NCBI GenBank assembly: GCA_036172245.1
Contig: JAYWIR010000007.1
Span: forward strand, 1,116,001 to 1,180,000
Source of the DNA: Raillietiella orientalis
Taxonomy: Eukaryota
Length of the DNA stretch: 64,000 nucleotides
Reading direction: 5' to 3'
Shown one piece after another: positions 40,121-52,999 of this stretch (positions are counted from its first letter, which is position 1; each line of letters opens with the position of its first letter). The notes under the pieces were generated by a model, which made no database searches, was not told the DNA's origin, and saw only the letters and a list, made by a program, of their open reading frames with translations. The position numbers and the translations under genes are program-made.

Positions 40121-42659
40121 ATCACACAGACAACTTTTTTATTATGGTACTGTATCCATGAAGATAACTGTTTAGATCTGAAACAAAATCAGCCATCCTA
40201 ATGTCAAATACCTATTAATATCACATGGTTTTTATATACTGCTATTAAAAACACATGTTAAATATCAAAATTGTCCCTTACATCATAATAAGCATTAAAA
40301 ATATAGAATTATTGGAGTCGATGAACCAGCTTAAATTCGATCTCGAAAACAGCTGCAACAAATGTAATAAACAAATGAAGTAAACAACTGTTACCTACTG
40401 ATTCCCATTCTACAATGGTGTTTCTTACTACCATTTTTTGTCACAGTTTACATGATTAAATAATGATACTTCAACAACTTTTTTAATGAACAATTAAAAA
40501 ATACATGAAATAACACTTTTCCATAAAAAAAAAAAAAAGATTTGCAAACATTATTTCATCTACCTCCAAATTAATGAATTTATAGCTAACAACAACAAAC
40601 ACTTACATTTTCTGATTTAAAGCACGAGGTATTACAATTTTTATTTCTACATGCTTATCACTATTCCATTTGATAGTCGAGTTTGTTATGGCAGAAGTAC
40701 CAATATTACACATGTTCATGTAACTTGAGTTCGTTGAAATTTAAAAAGCATGAAATCTTTTATTATCTTTCTTTAATTAAACATCTTCTTTACCAAATAG
40801 GTTTTATAACGGCAACCAAAATTAACTACCGATCACTTCGAGGTGTTTCTATAAAATGATTTTATACAAGCACAAGCTGCACATTTAGACTCCTGTAATT
40901 AACATATGCTTTATTCTCTTCGATATGACAGTTCTAAGAAAAAATTCCAAATAATTCCAATGGAAACGATAATAATGACTAATAATTATCATTCTTTGAG
41001 TATTATGAAAAAAGAATAAGACGCATGCATGATAAGAATAGATATATGATTATTTAAATAAAACTGTTGCATAGATATGCGATCCAGAATAACAGAGAAT
41101 AAGGCAATCCCAAGCCGTAATTGTGCAATACGAAATTTTAATATATTTAAACAGTCGAATTTTGTAGAACAGAAACCTAGTAAAAAATTAGAAGCAGGAA
41201 AAATCAGAAAGGAAGTTGGAATTGTAACATGGAAGTTACAAGAAAATTAAACCCTAATCCAGGAAGTGATTTAGCAAGTACACCGTTTGTGAGATAGCTT
41301 TCTTTTTCATAGTAGTTGGTATTCAACTGTTATTTATTGTGGACCAGTTCCGAAATGAAAAGAACTTATAGACACTTGTATAAAATTACAGGATGCTACT
41401 AAGCTTGAGTCGCATACCATAATATACCAAGAACATCTTTTTTGCAATATTTTGAAAATAAGTTCAGATGCTCTGCTCTTTTCATGAACACCAAAACAAA
41501 ATAATTATCATATAACATCAGTGTCGTTATCATATTTTCTATTTAAAAAATATTGTTAAAGAAAAATCAACAGCAAGTATTTGAATATTTGCTTACATCA
41601 CAATGACCTGATTTCCGCAACTTCGGTTTTTTCCTTCCACATTAGAAATAACATAAAGAACTCATAAAAATAAGTGTCAATTTCAGAATACAAATGAGTC
41701 ATTTTTATATATGTATATATAAACTTCAAATTTTTCCTTTTAAATTAAAGTCAATGTGAATCTCCATATCATAAAATAGAATTCCTTCCTTATTAAGGAA
41801 AGGAATTCGTTTGCTTCTGTGTCTTAGAAAGAAAAACTTCATGATGCATCCAAGATTAGGTGTTGCGCTATTTAAAAAATTGTGAAACTTTTCTTACTGC
41901 ATGAGAATATAACCTTGAGAATCAATTAACTAATTTTATCCAAAAATGTCCAGAGATCAGCATTCTTCTTGAATGTTCAACATTAATCTTGAGGATCCAT
42001 TCGTCTTTTCTAATTAAATTAATCCTAGCCATTCTGCTGTTGTCAATGAAGTAACTCTCCCTTTAATACGTTCATATCGATATTTTCTTCCAAAGTGAAG
42101 TTTGATAATCAGCAAAAGTATCAAAGCAAGAAATCTTACGAACTCTACGAATTAAAGCCCTCCAAAGAGTCGCATCTTCATACCATTGTTCATTCACTCT
42201 TTTGCCTCTTCGGTTTAACTAATTTCAACACGGTTGAATATCGAGATACAATCATGCAGCTGCTCTTTTACCTAAAGTTTAATGAAATTGGAACATTATC
42301 TAAGGTGTTTGCAAAGAGTGTATGGACGTTCTTGTGGACAGTATTTTCGAATTTATGTCCGAACAGTATGCAAACAGTTTTTTTTTTTTTTTTTCCATTT
42401 ACTTCGAAACGAAACAACAAAATCAAAACCTAATGAGTTTCAGTAGCATTTCTAAACAAGTCTCCCAAATCGCACTTACTGAAGAGACGAACTTTTCAAA
42501 GATAAGAAATCAGAGAACGATAATGTGAATAAGAACTAATCTAATGAGAACTTTGTCTGTTAGATTGATTGCAGTTCCCTATGTTGAGTGATTGTAATGT
42601 TGAGTTACGTAATGTTCGGAGTGTGTGTTTTCAGATCTTTTCGCCAAGCAGCTTTGAAT

Positions 42660-45480
42660 AGACAAGGAAAGCCTGGCTACAAGCAGTCTATTTGCAGACA
42701 AAACATTGCAAACTCACATGAACTCAACGATCATCTAAAACCAATGCCTAACAGTGTACGGAACAAGCAATTCAGATTGTACTGTGCCAAAATTCTTCGC
42801 TGCAAATGCATAATTGGCATCTCCCATCTTTAACCAGAATTACCGGAACAAAAGTTCAACGCTTTACAACTCCATGTTTTGCTAATATGATACAACAAAC
42901 AGTATTCTCATGAGTTTTGTATATTAAGTACCAGAAATGCATTTTCAAGTTCATCTAAAAACAGTATTAAGCGTAGCAAGCAGACAGTTGTAATTCGAAA
43001 GTTCCAGCAAAATATCATATATTTTGAATGTTGTAATTTTACCGAATTGCATTTTAGCAAAAGTATCTCCTCTCTCCAGACTTAGCACTGACTGAATATC
43101 GAATAGAAAGGAAGAATTCCGTACATTCCCCCTCTTTGAAGAGGTCTTTTTGTTTTTGGAGTACAATTTACAGCATACGAAATATTAGTAACACATTCCG
43201 ATTGAGAAAAGTTTTCTGATTTCTCAGAGAATTTATTTCATGTTCATTCATAATGTTTAAGTGAGTTTTGTGAAAAACGCCTCAAATTTTGGTTCCGAGC
43301 TGCTAACTGAATTTGCATAATTTTCGAGACTCGCTGGTGTACTTATGTACAACTACAAGCTACTTATTGTGTTCACTCAGTTTGGCAGATAAATTGATGA
43401 ATTAGACGGAAATAAGTTTGCATGGTTCCTTTGCTATTCATCAAGGGTTCTGAAGCTGGAATTTAAGGGCAAGTCAATAAGCATGTTTTGCAGAATTTAA
43501 GGTCACATTTAGTTTAGTTCGTGTGCTCTGAATGGAATTATGGAATAAATTATTGAACACCAATGTTTGGCATCTTTTTGTCTTGAAGTTTTTTCAGTCA
43601 TCTTTATGGCTGCGACTCAAATACAAAATAAAGCTTTAGCAAAAACGTAGGAATATTAAGTCTCAGTAATGCCAGCTCACCACGAGGATTGAGATGTTAG
43701 TGTTTTGCAATGAATGGCTCTATTTCAACACTGATAACATCTGAGATCCCCCATTCGACTGATGGCTAGCTTATAAACTACTTTGTACATTCATAGCAGT
43801 GAAGTGTAGATTCTAAGCTTTCGATAAACTTTTGCAGTCCATAAAATGCCCATAACTCTCAGTTTGAGAGAAACCTACGAATGGAAGTATTTTTTACTTT
43901 TTTTACCGTAGTCAGAAATCTCTCTTCATTGATTTTTGGTTTCACTCTTGGATTCCTACCTATTATCATACACCTTCCGTACTTCTAACAGTGAGTTCTT
44001 CGGAATTTTTAATTAGTGCACTTCAGAGATTCCAGAGAAATCAACAGATAAAAATGTCTTTGTGATATATGCAGCAAATTGAAGCTTTTAGCTATATACT
44101 CTGATTTCATACACACAGATTCACGTAGAAGTAGCCGACAAATTGAAATTTTTATCCTTACTCATGTTGAAGTTCACTGTACCAGAAAAGCATTTTGACT
44201 TTTATAGTGCAATCAATCAGTGGAATCAAACTCATCCGTTCTACAAATTTCTAGCAAGTACTGTACAGAATTTCCGAATTTCTTTTTAGACAATACACTT
44301 TGTACCTTGATTGAATCGGTCTTGTAATTTAGGACTGCAGTATTTTGCTTACTTATTAAGTTGAGTTTAGAAGATTGGTTTGATTTTCTACTACATCCCG
44401 TTGTTGTTGTTTTCTCAAGAATTTTTACTAGAAAATCCAAATAACTTTATGATGTTTGATGTTTGTCAAATAAACCGATTGCTGAATTCAACCATGACCG
44501 TGTATTCGCGCATACTGTTTACTGTACACTGTCTGTACTCAACTATGTTGTTTATTCTGTATATTCATGTTTGTCTTCAGAGCACTTCTGTACTTCTTCC
44601 CTTCATGAATATAGAAATTAGGCAGACAAAATTAGCCGCTGAAGAAGGTATTGAACTTTTGGCACATGACTAATTCACAAATTGTGAGAATGAATAGAAA
44701 AAGCGTCTTTATTGGTATTTAATAATTTTCCAAATTCATTATTTCACATTTCATACAATCTTCTGACTGTCTCTGTGACCACATTTTGTTGCCACATCGT
44801 CCAGCGGAATCTTAGCGGATGTAAGTACATAACAGATTCAGCGCCAAAAGGGTTTAACCCAATGCAGACCTCCAAAGCCAAATTTTTCGATGCAATTTTA
44901 CCAAAATATGATTTGCAAAAAGCGGTACGGCAAGTTGAAGTACCGACACAGCTGAAACGACGAATTTTCTGTTTGTAAGTTTTGTGGAGCCACAGATTCA
45001 TCATCCTGATCAGGGTCATGTGATTCCGCCTTGATAAATTTTCAGTAGCATCATATCGCAAATCTTTGCTATGCGGGGTCCTCCCAAGTTCGAAGTGTTT
45101 TGAAGAAACAAAAATCATTCCAGAGCACCCATGGTGACGACAGGTTTTTTCCACAGCATTCGCCTGTACTTTTAAACGTTTGTGGCAGCTTTGCAATCAG
45201 ATTTGGTAAAACGTAGTACAGTTAGGTGCTGTTCGAAGCAGCGTAAGGAGCAGTGCCCTTTCCTGGAACTTTTGGAACAACTCCTAGAAATCGGATTAGA
45301 TGCTTGTGAAAGCATCGAACCTAAAGGATTCGAATTAGTACAGAGCAGAAAGTCATGTTTGGAGTTTCGGCACTGAGCTGCAGCGACTGCTTCGTACTGG
45401 AATGTCTGAGAGAGGAACCATTCCGGATCGATGGTTTGCACCTGTACAGCAATGCGCTCTACAGATTTCCATTTCCAACC
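42660..45480 (+). mobile_element. Decayed R2-superfamily (RLE-type) non-LTR retrotransposon: C2H2-like finger remnant plus reverse transcriptase remnant
   Basis: One frame from 44712, with stops, gives NFPNSLFHISYNLLT (RT1, RPISL..YKLLT), SAPKGFNP (QKGF), YDLQKAVRQV (DLxKAF), CGVLPSS (GVLQG), STAFACT (LAFADD). Shifted frames give LEQLLEIG...GFEL and FRIDG..LYRF (RT6-7). Possible finger YKQSICRQ...LNDHLK at ~42675-42740; its link to the RT is inferred. Confidence 0.55.
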
Positions 45481-45614
45481 GGTGAGTTTATTGTGAAAAA
45501 AGGAATATTTACAAAAAAAAAGAGGTCACCTAAAATACAAAAATGTCTTTCTTCGTAGTGGTTTCACATCACCACTACCAAGGAAGACGTCTGGGAGGCG
45601 CTGCTTACACAAAG

Positions 45615-46460
45615 ACAAAAGAAAAAAAAACACAAAAGTTCACTTTAAAAACATGTTGGGGAGAAAGGAAGGGATTGGAGATTCCTTCCTGGAGTCCTCA
45701 ACATCCTCTGGAGGATGTTGGCAATTTCTCCCTCTTGTTGGCAGAGATGCAACCATCTTGTTGCATTCCTCATGAAGGAGCAGACGATTGGGATGATCTC
45801 ACCGTTCGGCGCGGCTTCTCGCCACCACGATTTCACGGAGGCAGCACAAAGCTGAGAGAGAAGCTGCAGGAGACATCGCTTGCGCGCGAAGAGGCGCCGC
45901 AAGACTTCTCTGCCGTTGTCCATCGGGAGTGTGTGAGGGCCTCAGAGAAGCGTTCTTAGACGCTCATGAGGGCAATAACACAACCAAACAACAGGTACAG
46001 GCAGGTTTCCCGTTCCCCTCAACTGGCACAATCCGGGACCTCACTCCCCCTCGTCCAGTGGTGCACTCGTGCGTTGCATGGGGTCACCCAGTCCAACAAA
46101 TGCAGTGCTGAGTTCTGCCACTTAGGGGGAATCGTGGATCTGTACACAAACTTTAAGAGAATTTCTACCTCTTCTGGAGGAATGTCCAGAAGTTTCACCC
46201 AGCGACGAATTCCTTTAAGGAGGGCAGAGGGGGTACATGCGTCGGCCAGTTGATGCGCCGTCCAGCATCCTAGCTGCTTGTTTTTTCCTACGGTCTCGCA
46301 GTATACTTCCCATCTCTGAAGGTCATTGCTATTTTTACTTTGTTGGATTGTGTTGGGCGTGGCTGCAAGTGGGGTGTTCCGCGTCCAGGTGGTCATCCTT
46401 GGACCGCCCATGATTTCTTGCAAGGAGCAGAGAGCGAGAATCTCAGGCATCGCGATAGCT
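45615..46460 (-). mobile_element. L1/Tx1-like LINE remnant, 3' part (family copy 1)
   Basis: HLLDWVTPCNARVHHWTRGSEVPDCAS*GERETCLYLLFGC (zf-RVT-type knuckle) and C-terminal ILQRMLRTPG; nucleotide similarity to 50170-50760 and 55590-56040. Confidence 0.7.
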
Positions 46461-49003
46461 CCGGGCTCTGTAGGGTTTTACGGGTGGCTGGCGATGCACG
46501 GCACCAACAAATTGTTCTGCCTGCCATGTACCAGTAACGATATCCGTGCAGACCCCTTCATTATAATACTCACAGTCTGATGTCTTTCTGCTACTTGATT
46601 CTTCGGGGATGTGCACGGATCGGAGGCTCTGATGGAATAGTGAGATGAGTCTTCAAGATGTTTATCCGCGCAAAACAAAATACCTGCACACGAAAGCACA
46701 AAAAGTTGTGAACCTTTCCTGTCATATCACCACTTTAGATGGCCATTTGGAGATGGAAGTGGAACAATTCGAAAAACGATGAGCCGAATTTAAAACTAAG
46801 TCGAGGGATCAAAGCAGTGCGGGATGAACGAAAATCTTCACATGTTTACTTAACTACCTACTGATGTGTTCACTTGAATCAATGAAATGGCGCAACTGCA
46901 AATGGTGTATCCCATTGCGAATGCCCAATTCTTTCATGCTTAGAAAAATACCTGGAACATTTCGGTTATCTCTTTTGCTTCTACACAGGAAGCCATCTAG
47001 AACAGGGCGTTCCAGCGAAACTCAGTTACAGTTACAGGAATTGCATCTTTTATTTCCTCCATTTTGATTCTCTTATACACCTGACTTTCCAGTGGGATTG
47101 TAGCTACTAGATATTTCTACGTGACTCTGCTGAATAATCGGATAATTTTATTGGTAGGAAGGTTTCATCGAAATTTACGTTTCAAGGAACTGTCATTTTT
47201 TTTGTGTGTGTGCATTCCACAAAATTTGCATACTCAAGAAATTCCTAACACGTTAAACCTGCACTCGTGTTCACGTTGAGCAATCGAAAATGAGCCATGG
47301 AACCGAAGTTTATACCTAACAGTCTGTTCCGTTCCCTCCCAAATGCACCTGAATAATGAGATGGTGTTTTGGATTATTCATGGTAAATATTTATCCTTAG
47401 AAACTACACAGTTTAATGATTTTGTGCTTTTGAATGGATACACTTCGAAAGCTTCATGCAACTTGACCCGAATTCGTACCCAGAAGTTGACTCTGCTGCC
47501 AAATTTCCCGTTATCAATCTGCTGTTTCCAGTGTGCCGCAGGCATTTAAAAAAATAAAAAACACGGAAATTGTTCTGATGAGGCATTGGACCTAGGGATC
47601 GAAAATGCATAACCATAACTCCAACTCAATCACGATAGAAACCTTATACCATTCGTCTTCCACCTTATCAGTGTTGTCTAATTGTGTTAAGATTTCATAA
47701 AAGCATGCTACCGAAAAATAGTAGTATTGCTAACTTGCTCCTGCTTTCAAACCGAGGATTCTTTTCCTTCAGTGTGGCTAATCAGGATTGCGATAAGTTC
47801 AAAGTAGAAAGGTGCGGATTTACATTCTAAAGGCAGGACCAACTCTGTTCGCGCCTAGTGATTGCGACAAGGGTTCGCTGCAACGCCTTGTCAGAAGAGG
47901 CCACAAGAGGAATCCCCTCAACAGCCTGATTTTAAGAGCGTGAAGGAACACCAAGCTTCAGGTTCAGGTTTTCTTCACCTGGCTGAAAGAACAGAAACCA
48001 ACCTTAGGGTTGTCTCTTGATACGATTCTCTGTTATATCTCTGTCTCTCTCTCATGTCGGTCGGAATAGTTGATGAGTTGCAGAATTCACTCTAATGGAA
48101 TTATACGTTGGCAAGCTGAAACAAAACTCTCCGACTTGAAGCTTCAGCTAGAACTCATGGACTACATGGACAGCCTGCATTATGAGCAGTTCTGAATCCT
48201 AAACCAAGAAAGTGGATCTGGACAAGGAGTCCTACTTTGGCCGCCGCTTGAAAATAGCAAGAGCAAATATCTAGTTCACAAGGAAACTTCGATAGGTTAA
48301 GACCGCCATGTCCTGGACCGGTGAAGTATTTGTGATAAGGCAAACGAGCATTGCAATTTTTCGGAGACTTTCGCACCTTACGTGTTTGTGGGAGCTCTCA
48401 TTGTCCCTGTTATCCACTTTGGAATGGTGTCCACAATATGCGTGCATGATGTTGTGAATACTCTTTTATTAGTCGCTCACCCAGACAGTGCACAATGTCC
48501 GCGAGTGCTGAGGACTTGAACTTTGGACAGAGTAGCGTAGGAGCTAACGTAGCTAGAGTAGGACAGAGACCAGCGCTGCCATGGAGGTGTACCAGCCTCA
48601 GCAGCTTAATACGGCTAGCAAGGCGAGTGCTCAAGCCACGTCCTACGAGATGGTGGCGGCATCAGGGAAGGCGGAATCAGGCATCTGCTCTGCAACATGC
48701 AATACGGGAACAGGAACATGAGAATGGAAGCGTACCGTTAGGTAAACATCATTCTTAGGATATGTTCTCACCTGAGGACGAATATCCTCCTGATATGACA
48801 CATTCATTCTCTTTTCCGATTTTTTTCCTCCAGCAACCTATTTTCCGCCATCCTGGCCAACACATGATTTCATTTCTAAGACGAAACATTTTCGTCTCCA
48901 GCGCTACCCGTAACTATTTCTTCCCCTTCCACTTCACCGTCTCCACGCTTACGAGCGGTAATCTACAGATCGCGCCTCCACGAAAACCTTCCCACGAACC
49001 CCC

Positions 49004-49526
49004 TTAACCCTTTGGGTGCGGCGGAGCTCATCCGATCGAAGCGTTCCGCGTTGACGGCACGCGAGTCGCCGTTGGGCGGAAAGCTATTCCGCGCCCCGCG
49101 TGCTCCATCCAGGCACCGACTGACTGCATAAAGTGCTGATTCAAGTCAATATTGTAATTGTTTATTTACACCACATTAAATAAAATGTTTGCAAACATGT
49201 TTGATTTATTTGAAAATTATAATTCGAATAAATGAATACTTCATTCACATTTTCAAGATATCACAAACATGAAAAACCGTATAATGAATTCGGTACGACA
49301 CCGAGAGAAACCGAGGATCGTTAGCCGATACATAAATAGAATTTTGTTTACTGTCGTTGCCAAGGGAATGATGAAAATGTCTAAGTGTCTAAGCAACACG
49401 GATGGTCTTCACTTATGTCGCGAGTACGCGGTAAAAACATTTGCCAGTCGCATACGTTAACGTCATAGCGCACGCTGACAGCTTCCGTCGGACGCATCTA
49501 TGCGTCCATAGCACCCAAACGGTGAA
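49004..49526. mobile_element. piggyBac-like non-autonomous element (MITE), ~520 bp
   Basis: Left TTAA|CCCTTTGGGTGC (49004-49019), right GCACCCAAACGG|TGAA (49511-49526): 14/16 inverted match. Imperfect inverted similarity continues ~60-80 bp inward; subterminal palindrome GGACGCATctATGCGTCC; AT-rich interior. Confidence 0.7.
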
Positions 49527-50029
49527 AAACGAAAAGAAATTTAGATTTGTCATCCTCGGAATGATTCTTCATCATCAGCTATCTGGAAAGTCTTTAACCA
49601 TTCCCTCCCTTACATCAATCTCATTCCATTCCTATTCACCCGAAGAAAACTTTTGGCTTCGGAACCTACCCCCACCAGTTGGATGATTCCCTCTTGCCTA
49701 CATGATACTAGACTCCGTGCCGAACAAATTAGGAGTCCTCTCCTTCCCACTCAGAATCCTAATTTTAGCCACCTTTCCACTTTCAGATTAACCTCTCTTC
49801 CATCCTCACGCTACTATCCCCTAAAAAAAGAAATCCACTTCTCTCATTTTTTTTCCCCAATCACATCCTTTTTTTTTCCCCCTTTTTCTTTTTCTTTTTT
49901 GAAAAAAACAGTAGAGTCCTCACAGGGAAATCGTTACTGTTGGCCTAGGCTGATTATCACTCGGTTATGCCAGGGCATTTCTTACGTAAAGTAATAAACA
50001 TTCATTGGTGTGAACCATTGGTTCCATAA

Positions 50030-52300
50030 CGTGCAAGGAACCTGTTGAAGAGCGGCACGCAGACCGGCGAGGTCCGCTTCGGCAGCGCGGGGGAAGGGAA
50101 AACAAAAACAAACAAAAAAAAGTAAACAAGCAGGGAGGATATAGGGGAGGGGGATTTATACACGGGGAGGGAGGAAACCGAGGAAGGGATCATGGTACGC
50201 TGCCCGGCGTCCTCTGCATCCTTTTCAGGATGCTGGAAAGGTCCGTCCATATAGTGCCCAGATTGGGCCGGACTGTCCCTCGCTTCCCTTTGGGAGCGCA
50301 ACACTGGAGCAAGGGGTGTAGACGATGCCATAGGTGGGAAGGGCTCACTGTCCGCTGGAGAGAGTCCTTTCCTGGATTCCGGCTAGGTCCGTCCTGAGAG
50401 CACCCTGGTGGGTCCATCTTGCTGCTATCCGCAGAAAGCGAAGAGCATATTCAGTGGCTTCCCTTTCGTATGATCCTCATCCAGAGTCTCCACAATCTCA
50501 CGGGTGCAGCAAAGAGCTGCTAAGGCTGCGACTCGCGGTAGGACATCTCGCACGAAGAGGAGCCGTGAAACGTCCCTGAGGTTTCCAACCGAGGTCCTCA
50601 GGGTCATTCCAAAACGTTCCCAGAGGGGCTGGAGGGCAACACAGTCCACAAGCAGGTGAGAGGTTCCGTTCCCCGCACCTGCGACAGTCCGAACTCACAT
50701 TCTCCAGTGTCCAGTGGTATCGGCGGGAGTTGCAGGGAAGACCCCAGTGCAAGAAGTGACCCCGTCACTTCAGGGGGAGGGTGCTGCTACCCTTGAACGT
50801 TGGGAGCCACTCCAGGTCTTTGCTAGGAATACCGGGCCGCTCGCCCCAGCGCTGTAGCCCTCGCTGTAGGACACTTGGTGGGGATCGCAGCATCCGCCGG
50901 CTGCCGCATGGTCCAACCACTCATTGCCTTCCTCCTACCTACGATCTCGCAGGAGACTTCCCACCTCGGTGGTTGGCTGCTACTTGTCGCCTTTCTCAGG
51001 GTGGGTATCGTTGCATCGAGGAGGGTGCGCCCCAGTAAGTCCACAGGCAGGGACTCTTCAGGGCCTTTCGCAGCGGGCAGCAGACGTGGTTGCTGGATAG
51101 CAGGCAGTAGCATACATTTGAGCTGGGCTCATTCATCTTCACCCACGTGCCAACTGTTCTAGCCGGGCGCTAGAGCTGACGGAGAAGCAGGCCATCCATC
51201 CGGTCTCCTGTCCATGGTGGTGGCCATGCGTAGGAGGAGGAGGCTTCTCACCTTTAGGCCGGATCGCAAAAGGTAAGACTCGCGCCCTTCGGTATCGGCA
51301 GGACTTGGGACCTCCAATTGCCCCACAAGGAGATCCGTAGGAGGTACTTCGTCCCTTTTTTTGCCTCTTAGGGGACGGGACAAACAAAAAGCTGGGGGCG
51401 GAGAGGAGAAGCAAACGCGTTCCAGACCTACAGCCAAACGTTGGTTGGCCTATATTCTGCTACTGCGGCAATGGAAGAAGCTGGTAAAAGCCAGATGCTC
51501 CCGACAAGTGGCCGGGATTGGAAGACGATCCCCCGGGGTTCTTCTAGGAATCAAGGAGTTCGGTTCCCCTCGGGGTTTTTCTCTGGTTGTGCAAATGGGG
51601 CCATCCCTTCCACTCGGGGCGGGGGGAGGTGGGGAACCCTTCCGTCTCATATCGTGGAGCAGGTGGGTTGACATTTTGCATTTCTAGAGTGTCGAGAAGC
51701 ATGCTGCTCCCTTCGGGGAGCGGACCCTTCAGAAAGAAATCGAGAAGCGTCCCTTTCAGGGCTCTCTTCAGAAGAGGAAACGAGGAATGGCGGTTCCCTT
51801 CCCGAGGGGTCCCTCCGGAAGAGAAAATTTCAGGAGCAGATCCTTTTTAGGTTCCCTTCGGAGAAGAAACAACGGCGCGACCCCCTCCGGGTGGTCTCTG
51901 GGGAGAGGGGAAAAAAAAGGAGGGTTCCTTTGGTGGATCCCTTTCCAGGCGTGAGAGGAACGGACCCCTTCCCCGGAGTCTTCCAAGATTGAAAGGGCGG
52001 TTCCCTCCCGGGGCACCCTCCAGCTCGAAGAGTTACTACATATACTCTCGGAAGGTGTGGAACGGTGTCAAAGAACTGCGTGAGCCGCTGCCAGGGTGTG
52101 ACGGTCCTTGAGGTACCCAGCTTCATGCCGAAGTCGTTCCAGGTTTACTCTGCTGCCTTCTCCGCCCTTGTCTCCGCTAGGATTCGTTCCCACAGGGTCC
52201 GGCAAGCCGAGGCGCCTCCGATGAAATGCCCCAGATGCCTTGCCTGGTACGCCGCACGGAAGCCCTTCTCTGTTAGTGTGGTTAGACAAGAACCACTCAC
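50030..52300 (-). mobile_element. L1/Tx1-like LINE remnant (family copy 2), interrupted by an inverted repeat insertion at ~51430-52020
   Basis: RT7/thumb-like GFRAAYQARHLGHFIGGASACRTLWERIL (~52170-52265), GWMACFSVSSSARLEQ (~51150-51210), knuckle HWGLPCNSRRYHWTLENVSSDCRRCGE...DCVALQPLWERF (50600-50752), C-terminus ILKRMQRTPG, pyrimidine-rich 3' UTR. Confidence 0.75.
51432..51790 (+). repeat. Copy B of the tRNA-module repeat body (lacks the tRNA-like part), inverted relative to copies A and C
   Basis: Matches the reverse complement of ~52340-52600 (e.g. gaatcaaggagt.cggttc, tgtgcaaa, agagtg..gagaagc) and of 63240-63510 (caaacg.tggttggccta.attc; tcccttcgg.gagc..acccttc). Confidence 0.75.
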
Positions 52301-52319
52301 GAAGCTCTTGAGCATCGCA

Positions 52320-52990
52320 CCTACCGAGGGTGCACGTAGTAGCGCTTCTCTGCACTCTGAAGAGGCTACATCAATCCACCAACTCCGTGGTACGAGATGG
52401 AGGGTCCACCTACGAAGTGGGGGGAGGGGAGACGGCTCCTTTGCACACTCGGAGGGGAATCCCTAAGAGAACCGCACTCCTTGATTCTGTTTCTCGGAGG
52501 GACCCCGGAGGGTCCACTCCCGATCTCGGTCACTCATCGGGGGCATCTAATTCCAATAGCTACCAGTGCCGCACCCAGATGCAGGTCAACCAGTCATCTA
52601 ATGGGTGGAGCCCTAACCCACGACGCACCCCCATCTCTCGGTGTCAGTTCTTTCCAAGTATTCGAACCCAAGACGCCTGGTGGTGCCACGTGCGAAGACC
52701 GTGACCACATGGCCTCCGACGCGGGCTGAGGGCAACCCTCACCATTTCCCAAGGTCCTCTACGGAGCGCTCTCCCTTCAAATGACACGGGAAGACTCGGG
52801 TGGGAGCAGAATAGCTGTAGCGCGTGGGGAAAAAAAATAAGGCCTGGGGTGAGGCTGATGCTTTTGCGCCTCCGGCGAGAAGACAGGCGCGTTCTTCCGG
52901 GGTGAAGAGGTCAGAACATTCCATGCGCGCAAAAAGTCCCGGATCTCATTCGTGATTGGGACGTGTGGCCGTTTGTGGCTCTCGGGACCC
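52320..52990 (-). mobile_element. Copy A of a composite SINE-like repeat with an internal tRNA-derived A/B-box module
   Basis: Minus strand GCGTCGGAGGCCATGTGGTCA (A-box-like, 52702-52722) ... GGGTTCGAATAC (B-box-like, 52658-52669); collinear similarity to ~63300-63890. Confidence 0.65.
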
Positions 52991-52999
52991 ACTCGAAGT

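Noticed and set aside
41779..41808. Short near-perfect palindrome GAATTCCTTCCTTA-T-TAAGGAAAGGAATTC upstream of SON
   Set aside because: Isolated, with no second copy or element boundaries seen; function cannot be supported.
47575..47615. Hammerhead-like CTGATGA...GAAA (also minus strand at ~3405-3457 and ~57412-57425)
   Set aside because: Stem II is absent, mismatched or not adjacent to GAAA, and no stem I/III closure was found.
48130..48760. GC-richer block with a faint zf-RVT-like reading (LWNGVHNMRA...SPRQCTMSASAEDL)
   Set aside because: Key Cys/His residues are missing; probably a TE relic but too degraded to call.
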